Below, in pieces: positions 1 to 7,162 of a DNA stretch of 19,600 nucleotides. The translations under genes and the position numbers were made by a program. The stretch's first letter is position 1; every line of letters begins with the position of its first letter. The notes beneath the pieces are model-generated. The model was not told the origin of the DNA, ran no database searches, and saw only the letters and a list, made by a program, of their open reading frames with translations. Source of the stretch: Candidatus Thorarchaeota archaeon (GTDB taxonomy: Archaea; Asgardarchaeota; Thorarchaeia; Thorarchaeales; Thorarchaeaceae); NCBI GenBank assembly GCA_029858305.1, contig JAOUFI010000038.1, forward strand, positions 1 through 19,600, given 5' to 3'.

Positions 1-115
1 CGTCTTATTGAGACAAAACTAGAAATGATTGTAGGATTCATCCACACGAATGATACACTCCCAAATACCTCTCCTCATCTGATGCAGATAAGTACTATGA
101 AACAAGGCATTTGTA

Positions 116-505
116 CTACTTGAAGTCTTTTGGGCTTATGCTGCCATAGCGTGTAGCAAAACCATAGGTTGGATTTGTAGTTGCATAGATAACGACCGCG
201 AAGGCTGTTATGAGGAGGACTAGGCATATAATACGACATATCATCCTATCTAGAAGGGACGATCCAGCTGCAGGCGTATAAAGTGTATCATCAAGGGGTC
301 GATCTATAGAGGCTCGTATCTCGTTTTTATCCAGACCGATAGCTAATCCAAGGTTCTCGATTTTTACCAGATGTTCTGTTTTAGGTTTGGTAATTCCAAT
401 TAGCTGTTCGATGCCAGATCGAATCCTTAACGGGAGATTTGATTTTACCCTCCAGTACCCAAAAGTAATATTTTCCAAGCTCTTCAATACCATGTCATCA
501 AACAT
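116..505 (-). CDS. Tail-anchored membrane protein, 129 aa, with C-terminal TYG/RYG motifs; putative radical SAM (splicease) substrate, paralog A
   Basis: The ORF track gives 116..529, but the ATG at 505 (MFDDMVL) aligns with the paralog start (MFDIVVL) and lies at the same 26-nt distance from the duplicated promoter. Soluble N-domain, one hydrophobic helix (IICLVLLITAFAVVIYA), tail NPTYGFATRYGSISPKDFK. About 40% identical to 623..1018 by manual alignment. Confidence 0.85.
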   Translation of the reverse strand: MFDDMVLKSLENITFGYWRVKSNLPLRIRSGIEQLIGITKPKTEHLVKIENLGLAIGLDKNEIRASIDRPLDDTLYTPAAGSSLLDRMICRIICLVLLITAFAVVIYATTNPTYGFATRYGSISPKDFK

Positions 506-529
506 GTGAAACCATATTGTATCAATCAC

Positions 530-558
530 GAATAACCTTTGCGAACTGCGAATTTCTA
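530..558 (-). promoter_or_regulatory. Duplicated BRE/TATA-like promoter, copy 1 (TTCGCAAAGGTTATTC on the minus strand)
   Basis: 530-545 is identical over 16 nt to 1043-1058. The TTATT box ends 26 nt upstream of the ATG in both copies, typical spacing for a leaderless archaeal transcript. Confidence 0.65.
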
Positions 559-603
559 AGACTTCATTTTTCGTTCAATATAGTATAAGCAGTATGAATC
601 CTG
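556..603 (-). pseudogene. Remnant of the 3' end of a radical SAM/SPASM gene
   Basis: Translates to QDSYCLYYIERKMKS*, versus QDPYCLRHIEHMMKE* at the end of 1069..2118. 9/15 aa and 32/48 nt identical, ungapped, at the same 513-nt offset as the promoter and paralog starts. Confidence 0.8.
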
Positions 604-622
604 TAACATCACCGATTTTGTT

Positions 623-1018
623 CTAACTGAAGTCGTTCGGGCTAATACTTCCATATTTTGCTCCTGGAGTATATACACTAACCTGATTCGCAACGATAAA
701 GTAAGTAGCAATAACAGCCGCAACTAAGATGATTATGCATAGAAGACGGCATATTACCGTGTTAAAAAGAGTAGACCGAGTCATGGGCATATGGCCAGTA
801 CCCACAATAGGTGGGCTCGTTGCGGACCTAATCTCGTTCCTTTCAAGACCTATCGATAGACCTAGGTTCTCAATCTTTTTGAAATCCGTCTTTGTGAGAT
901 AAGAAATTCCCAGAAGGTTCTCTAATTCGGATCGAATCTCAGGTGGAAGGGCGAGTTTTATCTTCCAGTATCCAAAAGAAATACTTGCCATAATCCTCAA
1001 TACCACGATATCGAACAT
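623..1018 (-). CDS. Tail-anchored membrane protein, 131 aa, with C-terminal KYG motif; putative radical SAM (splicease) substrate, paralog B
   Basis: ATG-started ORF. Shares FGYW, KIENLGLxIGLxxNEIR, ICRxxC and YGSISPxDF with 116..505. Single C-proximal hydrophobic helix. Confidence 0.88.
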   Translation of the reverse strand: MFDIVVLRIMASISFGYWKIKLALPPEIRSELENLLGISYLTKTDFKKIENLGLSIGLERNEIRSATSPPIVGTGHMPMTRSTLFNTVICRLLCIIILVAAVIATYFIVANQVSVYTPGAKYGSISPNDFS

Positions 1019-1042
1019 CAGTGATTATGTTGCTTTTTCCAT

Positions 1043-1071
1043 GAATAACCTTTGCGAATTACGAAATCCTA
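1043..1071 (-). promoter_or_regulatory. Duplicated BRE/TATA-like promoter, copy 2
   Basis: GAATAACCTTTGCGAA at 1043-1058 matches 530-545 exactly, with the same spacing to the ATG at 1018. Confidence 0.65.
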
Positions 1072-2118
1072 TTCTTTCATCATATGTTCAATATGGCGCA
1101 AGCAATACGGATCTTGATGTAGTGCTCCTGCCATAGTATATGAAACTGAAGAGCATCCTCCCTTGCAGAGGTTTCTGAAGGTACAGCTTCGACAATGACT
1201 ACTAGTATCATTATGATTGGTATGACGTGCGAACGAGAAAGAAGCATCATCATTCCATATTTCTTTTAATGGTCTGGTCCTGATACTTCCTTCAATGAAG
1301 TCATCTCCCAGAGCAAGGCAGCCCAGGATATTTCCATTGCTTTGAATTCCCAATGTCGTTATTCCTGCTTGACAGCCATACCATCCTTTTACTTGTAATT
1401 CGGGAAGAACGGTGGAGTAATACCCCATGTCATGAGCCCCAGCAACAAGAATCTCTTTTTGATACTTTTTTTTGGTGGCTGCAATGAATAGGGCTAGTGA
1501 GTAGAATTCATCTGTTGACAATACATGCTCTCGCTTCAGCCTGCCAAATGGCGTAGCCATCTGAATCTGCCATGCAATGCCTTTTCCCAAAAGAAATTCT
1601 CGTATCTTAACCAGTTGGTGGAGATTTAACTTGTGAACAGTCGTTATAGCAGTGGTCGGAAATCCCAGTTCTGCATAGTTATCAAGAGCTGCTGTTGCTC
1701 TCTCAAAGGAACCTTTCACTCCTCTAATCATATCATGGACTGCTGCCTCTCCTCCATCTAGGCTGACTGTGACACAATCTGGTGAGAGATAGGTCAGCTG
1801 TTTTGTAATCTCTTTATCCTTCCCTAGCCACCCGTTAGTAATGATTGAGAGAGCCATGCCCAGATCATTAACACGTTGGGCAATTGTATACCAATGAGGA
1901 TGAAGGAAAGGCTCTCCGCCCATGAGTGCAACTCCCAAACATCCTATGTCCTTCAGACCCTCGCAAAGTTTCAGTGACTCCTCTAAGGTAAGCTCGTTTT
2001 CCCGTTTTCTACCTGCATTTGAGCCGCAGTGAATACAGTTGAGATTGCAGGCAAGAGTTAGCTCCCAGACTGCACAGTGTGGTCCCGGATACTTCCGCTG
2101 TTTCCTTACCTTCTTCAA
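1069..2118 (-). CDS. Radical SAM/SPASM-domain enzyme, PlpX/splicease-like peptide or protein maturase
   Basis: CxxxCxxC in VWELTLACNLNCIHCGSNAG; GGEP motif; VSLDG; SPASM cysteines GCQAG...GNILGC...CRSC...CKGGC...DPYC. TTG start directly preceded by GAAGGGAGGG. Confidence 0.92.
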   Translation of the reverse strand: MKKVRKQRKYPGPHCAVWELTLACNLNCIHCGSNAGRKRENELTLEESLKLCEGLKDIGCLGVALMGGEPFLHPHWYTIAQRVNDLGMALSIITNGWLGKDKEITKQLTYLSPDCVTVSLDGGEAAVHDMIRGVKGSFERATAALDNYAELGFPTTAITTVHKLNLHQLVKIREFLLGKGIAWQIQMATPFGRLKREHVLSTDEFYSLALFIAATKKKYQKEILVAGAHDMGYYSTVLPELQVKGWYGCQAGITTLGIQSNGNILGCLALGDDFIEGSIRTRPLKEIWNDDASFSFARHTNHNDTSSHCRSCTFRNLCKGGCSSVSYTMAGALHQDPYCLRHIEHMMKE

Positions 2119-2157
2119 TGCCCTCCCTTCAAATTACAGAGATTCGTCCTTTATGGG

Positions 2158-2574
2158 CTACTCGTCCAAGTACTTGGTTGGAATCTCTCTTGTGGTTGCC
2201 ACTAGTTCTAGTGCAGCCTTTGTGTAACGCATGACCTTACCCATGTCGCCGGTTAATCTGAACTTCCTCGCCATGATTCCCTTGATGGGATCAATCTTCC
2301 CATCAAAGAGCAATTTCCAGTTAGTGAGAGGTCCTGCATACATAAACTCAGCAGTATCTTTCGGGTTTGCCATTCTTGCTGCCCTGCACTTGCCATGCCA
2401 TAGGTCAAGGTAGAATCTTACATCCTCTTTGATTGTATTTCCATCAGCATCAATCTGGAAGACAAAGTCTCCTTCCCATGTCTTCGCCGCATCCTCATAC
2501 CTTGCATTCTTGTTCAGGGCTTCAACGTACTTCTCTATCCACTCATCAGAGGGAAACACAAGTTTCTCGGTCAT
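2158..2574 (-). CDS. SCP2 sterol/lipid-binding domain protein
   Basis: FPSDEW..., WEGDFVF, YLDLWHGKC and W..L.DGKIDPIKGIM..KF.L.GDM.KVMRY are typical of archaeal SCP2 proteins. ATG at 2574 (TTG at 2577 is an alternative start). Confidence 0.9.
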   Translation of the reverse strand: MTEKLVFPSDEWIEKYVEALNKNARYEDAAKTWEGDFVFQIDADGNTIKEDVRFYLDLWHGKCRAARMANPKDTAEFMYAGPLTNWKLLFDGKIDPIKGIMARKFRLTGDMGKVMRYTKAALELVATTREIPTKYLDE

Positions 2575-2723
2575 CAAGAGTCCGCTCCAATGATCTAAGA
2601 TGATATTGGTGAGAGAAAAGGATTCCGACTAGTATCTCAGATGATTCTGAGAGCACGAATGAATCTTTATCACGATTGACAGATGATATCAATCTATGGA
2701 CAATGCCCCCTCAAGTCACCTTT

Positions 2724-3395
2724 CTAACAGCGATTCAGAAAATAACTCGGTTCAACAACATTTAGATCAAAGTCTGAGGCTATCTTTTTACCGTAGTCCA
2801 ACTGTCCGATGGTTTCCACAGAATGAGAGTCACTGCCAAGGGTGAAGATGCAATCATACTCCTTAGCTCGTTCTATGAAATGTGTATGTTCAAGGATATA
2901 TCTTTCATTAAGCTCTATTGCAATTCCTGTTTCTGCTAATACTTGAGCGGCCAAATCACCATCTTCCTCTCGATAAGAAGAAAGGAAGCCATCCCAATGA
3001 CCTAGGACATGGAATTGCTTTTTCTTCACAACCTTTGAGAGTATAGAGACCCATTGATAGGAATCTAAGACCCAATGAAAGGATCCTATGACGATATCGA
3101 ACTGCTCAAGCCCTCCTGCAACTGGAGCAAGACTACCATCCGATTGAATGTCAACCTCAACGCCCTCGAGAATCGCCAAGGATGGAAACTCTAATCGCGC
3201 AGTCTCAATATCCCTTCGTCTGTTTTCTATTATGTTCTTTCCACCTTGACATGAACCTAATGAAGGCCAGAAATGATCCGCTACTACTGCTGTTTCAAGA
3301 TTAATTGTATTTGCTCGACTAGCAATCTCATGGACACTTGATTTGCCATCAGAGTAGTCTGAATGTATATGTAGGTCATAGCGCGTGTTCTGCAT
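2724..3395 (-). CDS. PHP-domain metallophosphoesterase (HisJ/YcdX/PolX-PHP-like)
   Basis: YDLHIHSDYSDG, ADH, GVEVD, IGSFH, LGH, IELN and LGSDSH metal-ligand motifs. Confidence 0.92.
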   Translation of the reverse strand: MQNTRYDLHIHSDYSDGKSSVHEIASRANTINLETAVVADHFWPSLGSCQGGKNIIENRRRDIETARLEFPSLAILEGVEVDIQSDGSLAPVAGGLEQFDIVIGSFHWVLDSYQWVSILSKVVKKKQFHVLGHWDGFLSSYREEDGDLAAQVLAETGIAIELNERYILEHTHFIERAKEYDCIFTLGSDSHSVETIGQLDYGKKIASDFDLNVVEPSYFLNRC

Positions 3396-3568
3396 CGTAC
3401 ATCATTTCCAGGCAGAGCGCAATTTAACTCAACCTCTACCCATTAATTCAACCAAAACAGGTGGAAATTATTGAACAGCAACAATGACGCACAAGGTAAT
3501 GCATAAATCGTGCCCTTTCGACTGACAAAAGCAATTTACAACAGATGCGTGATTGGGTTGCGGATATC

Positions 3569-4468
3569 ATGGACGAGCTGGATAAGAAGCTAATGGCAGT
3601 TCTTGAAAAAAATTGCAGGATCACCTATCAGGAACTCTCTCGTAGGTATGGTGTTTCGGCAAATGCCATTCGAAGACGGGTCATGAACCTTGAGGAAACT
3701 GGAGAAATTTCCAAGTATATTGTGGCCCTCTCTATCGCCATGACAGGTTCCAGCCAGCTCTTTGGATTCCTTACTGGAGATGGTTCTCGTGATGAAGTGG
3801 AGATGATTGACGAGATGGGGTCCCATCAAAATATTATAGCATCAGCAGCCTATTCCAATGGTACCTATGCATTTGTTGGCAATTATGACACCACCCAAGA
3901 AATGCATGATATCAGTTCTTATCTTAGGAGAATCAAAGGTGTCCTAAGTGCAGAGATTCATCCGACCATTATTCCATCAGGACAAGGGATGAATCTGACT
4001 CCATTGCATTTACGAATACTCAAAGTCCTAATCGAGGAGCCACGGCTCCCTATCGTTGAAATTGCAGAAAAGAGTGGTCTTACTTCGCGACGTGTGCGCC
4101 GGCTACTCGGACAACTCGAAGAGAGTGGTGCTGTTCAGTTCAGAGCACTTCTCGAACTAGGCGCAGATACAAGCATTCCCTACATTGCCAGAATTCGCTG
4201 GGATGAGCGTTCGACCAACTATGAATCCATGATTGAATGGCTCAAACAAAAGTACCCTCTTTCTTCGTGGGAGAATTTCGTTTCTGCTATAGAACCAGTT
4301 TTGTTTGCCCTCTTAGCAGGAGAGAATCTAACTGAAGTGAATGAGACAACTCGGGAGATTCGTAGGCATCCTCATGTGGAGAGTGTCATTACGACCACCT
4401 GTACGTATCACAAGTTCTTCCGTAACATACGACACGAAAAACTACTTGAATTGATCAGAAATGTTTGA
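3569..4468 (+). CDS. Lrp/AsnC-family transcriptional regulator with two tandem HTH+RAM units
   Basis: MDELDKKLMAVLEKNCRITYQELSRRYGVSANAIRRRV, and a second HTH LHLRILKVLIEEPRLPIVEIAEKSGLTSRRVRRLL. Start probably 3569 (ORF track: 3545). Confidence 0.9.
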   Translation: MDELDKKLMAVLEKNCRITYQELSRRYGVSANAIRRRVMNLEETGEISKYIVALSIAMTGSSQLFGFLTGDGSRDEVEMIDEMGSHQNIIASAAYSNGTYAFVGNYDTTQEMHDISSYLRRIKGVLSAEIHPTIIPSGQGMNLTPLHLRILKVLIEEPRLPIVEIAEKSGLTSRRVRRLLGQLEESGAVQFRALLELGADTSIPYIARIRWDERSTNYESMIEWLKQKYPLSSWENFVSAIEPVLFALLAGENLTEVNETTREIRRHPHVESVITTTCTYHKFFRNIRHEKLLELIRNV

Positions 4469-4473
4469 TATTT

Positions 4474-4574
4474 CCAAACGTTTGATGTTTGGCGTTCATC
4501 AAAGGCTTTATAAGCAATTATGTTCTATTTTGACATGTGTCAAACGTTTGGTAAGTTACAAGCCGAGACGTTTG
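4474..4574 (+). promoter_or_regulatory. Promoter with TATA box (TTTATAA, 4507-4513) flanked by palindromic CAAACGTTTG operator-like sites
   Basis: Perfect palindromes at 4475-4484 and 4541-4550, a degenerate copy GAGACGTTTG at 4565-4574, and purine-rich AAAGG upstream of the TATA box. Confidence 0.75.
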
Positions 4575-4598
4575 ATGAACCATTAAACGGTGAATACA

Positions 4599-5507
4599 AT
4601 GTCTACAACTTTCAAAACAATCATGAGCGACATGAAATCAAGCCTCCATCTCGCATGGGGAAGTGCCTTGAGCTACTTCCTTGCGAATCTAGGTATGGTC
4701 ATCGTCGTTGCAATCCTAGCGGCTCTGATTGCTCTTCCGATACTATCAGTAGTCCTTCTAGCATTATGGCCTTTTAACGAGGCTACTATGACTGCCCTGA
4801 CTCAATGGGCAACTGCTAATCCTCTTGGCGTGGCTGCTCTGATCGGAGTTATAGCAATTCCTATCATTTCCCTCTTCATGGTTGTGAGCGGATCTATCTA
4901 TGGCATGAGCTATGACCTTGTGGCTAAGGGTGACACCAAGGCTGAGGCAGCATTCTCCTATCTCCGTCACAAGTTCCTTACCTTCTTTGCTACAGGTGCT
5001 ATGTTGACCATCATTGTCCTCCTCCCGCCTGCTTTTGCCTGGGAACTGGCCGCTTACGCCATGAACATCAATATCGGACCGTATGTGGGTGCTCTACTGA
5101 CAGCTTTCACATTCGTGTGGATCTTCTTCACTGCTGGACTGACCTCTATGGTATTTCCAGCTGTTGTGAGAGGCAAGGGTGTTCAGACTGCCTTCAAGGA
5201 GTCATTTACTCTGGCAAGAAGCCACTTTGATCGCATATTCGGAGTTCTAAGCGCGATTGTGCTATTGCTTGCAGTTACTTTCGGTCCCATAGTAGTCCTT
5301 GGACTCGCTATGCCTTTCGTGAGCGTACCTATATCGATAGCTCTGGTTCCAGCTATTGCTGCTGCTGCACTGTGGACAGTTGTTTCAGCTTTCCTCTGGC
5401 TGTTACTCTTCCTACCAATGGTGAGGATAGTCTGGGTAAAGGTCTATCAGGAACTGACTGGTGGTAACATCGCAACACAGAGTGTTGTCGACATGCCTAT
5501 CGTATAG
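4599..5507 (+). CDS. Multi-pass membrane protein of unknown function, paralog 1
   Basis: About 6-7 hydrophobic segments. ATG at 4599 is preceded by a GGTGA SD (ORF track uses GTG at 4590). Shares SYxLA, GMxxxxV, GLxSMxFPA and FDRxFGV with the next gene. Confidence 0.85.
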   Translation: MSTTFKTIMSDMKSSLHLAWGSALSYFLANLGMVIVVAILAALIALPILSVVLLALWPFNEATMTALTQWATANPLGVAALIGVIAIPIISLFMVVSGSIYGMSYDLVAKGDTKAEAAFSYLRHKFLTFFATGAMLTIIVLLPPAFAWELAAYAMNINIGPYVGALLTAFTFVWIFFTAGLTSMVFPAVVRGKGVQTAFKESFTLARSHFDRIFGVLSAIVLLLAVTFGPIVVLGLAMPFVSVPISIALVPAIAAAALWTVVSAFLWLLLFLPMVRIVWVKVYQELTGGNIATQSVVDMPIV

Positions 5508-5520
5508 GTGTGTTTAACTT

Positions 5521-5554
5521 GAGAGTGTCTTTGGGATTAACTGAAGGCACTCTC
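5521..5554 (+). other. Intergenic stem-loop (attenuator, processing or stability element, or internal terminator)
   Basis: GAGAGTGTCTT (5521-5531) pairs with AAGGCACTCTC (5544-5554), including one G-U. The stem can extend to 14 bp with further G-U pairs and is followed by a pyrimidine-rich tract. Confidence 0.6.
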
Positions 5555-5581
5555 TCCCCCACTTTCTAGGTGTGATAAAAA

Positions 5582-6523
5582 ATGAAAAACGCGAGCGTTC
5601 GAATAATTCTTGATGATTTGAAGGTCAGCTTCAAATTTGCATTAAAGAATGTGATCTCCTACATCCTCGCACTATTTGGTGTTCTCATCATCTCAGGAAT
5701 TCTTCTCGTCTTCGTGGCAATTCTAATCTTTGTTCCTCTATTCTTTGGTGTTGGCATTGAGGGACTAATATTCTTCTTTGAATCCGTTGTTGCCGATCCT
5801 AGTACTGGCTTCGCAAACATCCTTGTTGGAGGTCTTGCAATTGCACTTCCTCTTGCTGCTCCCTTCTTTGTAGCAATTGGTGCTCTCTTTGGTATGGGCC
5901 GTGAAATTGTTGAGAGCGAGGGAACAAGTGCAGAAGGTGTCTTTACCTGGTATAAGAAGAAGTTCTTCTCACTTGCAGGAGGCGGACTCGTACTCTTCCT
6001 TGTTGTGCTTGGTCCTCTGATTCTAGTAATATTAGGTGGAGTTGCAGTTTTCGGGATTGATTTCTTTAACTTCGCACTCATATCGAGTGGTACAGCAAGC
6101 ACCATGAATCCTATTATTGGTGCGGTGCTAATGATCTGGTTTGCGGTGAGCCTAGGACTTCTCTCGATGCTCTTTCCAGCCATAATCGATGGATATTCAG
6201 TCTTTGGAGCTACTAAGAAATCTATACGGTTGAGTATCACGTACTTCGACCGAGTGTTCGGTGTGTGGATGGCATACCTGCTCATCTTAGGTGCATTGAT
6301 TCTCCCATTTATTGTAACTGCGTTTACAATGAGCTCATTTGAACCAGCACTTATCTTGCTAGGCAGTATGGCAGTTCCTGCAATATTGTTCCTAATATTC
6401 ATCTTCATGCCAGCCTTGACAATCGGGCTTACACGAGTCTACATGATCTTGACAGCTGATGATGAGTATGAGGAACATCCACAGGAAGACACGTCTGGGC
6501 CTAACTTCATAGGAGGTCTATAG
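5582..6523 (+). CDS. Multi-pass membrane protein of unknown function, paralog 2
   Basis: ATG preceded by AGGTGTGA; hydrophobic helices; motifs shared with 4599..5507; acidic C-terminal tail. Confidence 0.85.
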   Translation: MKNASVRIILDDLKVSFKFALKNVISYILALFGVLIISGILLVFVAILIFVPLFFGVGIEGLIFFFESVVADPSTGFANILVGGLAIALPLAAPFFVAIGALFGMGREIVESEGTSAEGVFTWYKKKFFSLAGGGLVLFLVVLGPLILVILGGVAVFGIDFFNFALISSGTASTMNPIIGAVLMIWFAVSLGLLSMLFPAIIDGYSVFGATKKSIRLSITYFDRVFGVWMAYLLILGALILPFIVTAFTMSSFEPALILLGSMAVPAILFLIFIFMPALTIGLTRVYMILTADDEYEEHPQEDTSGPNFIGGL

Positions 6524-6526
6524 AAA

Positions 6527-7162
6527 ATGCCTGGCTCCAAGACAAAACCAAGAGTCAAGGACATGGAGATCATCGAAGACAAGAAGCTGATTCAGCTTCT
6601 AATGGAGCCAACTAGGGCGAAGATTGTCTTTGACTATCTCGTCAAGGATGCAATGACTGTGAAACAGCTTTCAGAGGTGACAGGAAAGAATCCTGGCACG
6701 ATACTGCATCATATTCAGAAGCTGAAAGAAGTAGGTCTACTCTTCGAAGAGCGGACTGAAATAACCACGACTGGTATTGTCCAAAGATACTATCGTGCCT
6801 CTGCAAGAGAGTATCGAATGGGCATCAGTGAGATGGTACAAGCGACTGGGGATGATGCAACAAAACGCCTGAGGTCCATAATTACTAGCCTCTCAGTCTA
6901 TGGTATAGACATTCCAGAGCGTCAGATTGGCGAGGCGGTGGACCGATTGACGGCACTAATCGATAGAGAGAACGAGATCAGTTCTCGCAATCTCATCGTG
7001 AATGAGGTTGAGCTAGACAGACTCTCATCCTCAGAAAGAGGCGATGTATCGCGAATCATACGTCGCTTTGCTCTGGAAGAAGATTCGCAATATAGAGAGC
7101 TACGAGACAGCTGGCACGCTTTTCTCAGAGCTCATAGAACAGGTGCAAGTAATAATGTCTAA
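6527..7162 (+). CDS. ArsR-like winged helix-turn-helix transcriptional regulator
   Basis: LMEPTRAKIV...AMTVKQLSEVTGKNPGTILHHIQKLKEVGLL...GIVQRYYRA; starts 3 nt after the preceding stop codon. Confidence 0.88.
   Translation: MPGSKTKPRVKDMEIIEDKKLIQLLMEPTRAKIVFDYLVKDAMTVKQLSEVTGKNPGTILHHIQKLKEVGLLFEERTEITTTGIVQRYYRASAREYRMGISEMVQATGDDATKRLRSIITSLSVYGIDIPERQIGEAVDRLTALIDRENEISSRNLIVNEVELDRLSSSERGDVSRIIRRFALEEDSQYRELRDSWHAFLRAHRTGASNNV

Noticed and set aside
1-41. Possible start of a minus-strand gene (MNPTIISSFVSIR...) running off the window edge
   Set aside because: Only 13 codons are visible. It shows no similarity to the MFD... paralogs and has no copy of their promoter, so it cannot be called.
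506-529. N-terminal extension MIDTIWFH of the first ORF
   Set aside because: Paralog alignment and promoter spacing place the start at 505.
530-1071. Direct repeat considered as CRISPR repeats or att sites
   Set aside because: There are only two copies, 513 nt apart, and they are explained by duplication of the gene cassette. No cas or integrase gene is present.
3396-3568. Possible Lrp operator in the divergent PHP/Lrp intergenic region
   Set aside because: Only weak, short inverted matches (for example GCAC...GTGC) were found, not distinguishable from chance.
4520-4777. 85-aa + strand ORF
   Set aside because: It overlaps the operator region and the membrane-protein gene in another frame, and has no recognisable features.
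5659-6408. 249-aa antisense ORF
   Set aside because: It is a shadow of a hydrophobic membrane-protein gene, with low-complexity composition and no motifs.
7044-7154. Upstream extension of the DUF4097-like ORF
   Set aside because: It would overlap the ArsR-like gene by more than 100 nt. ATG 7155 has an SD and places the TM helix at the N-terminus.
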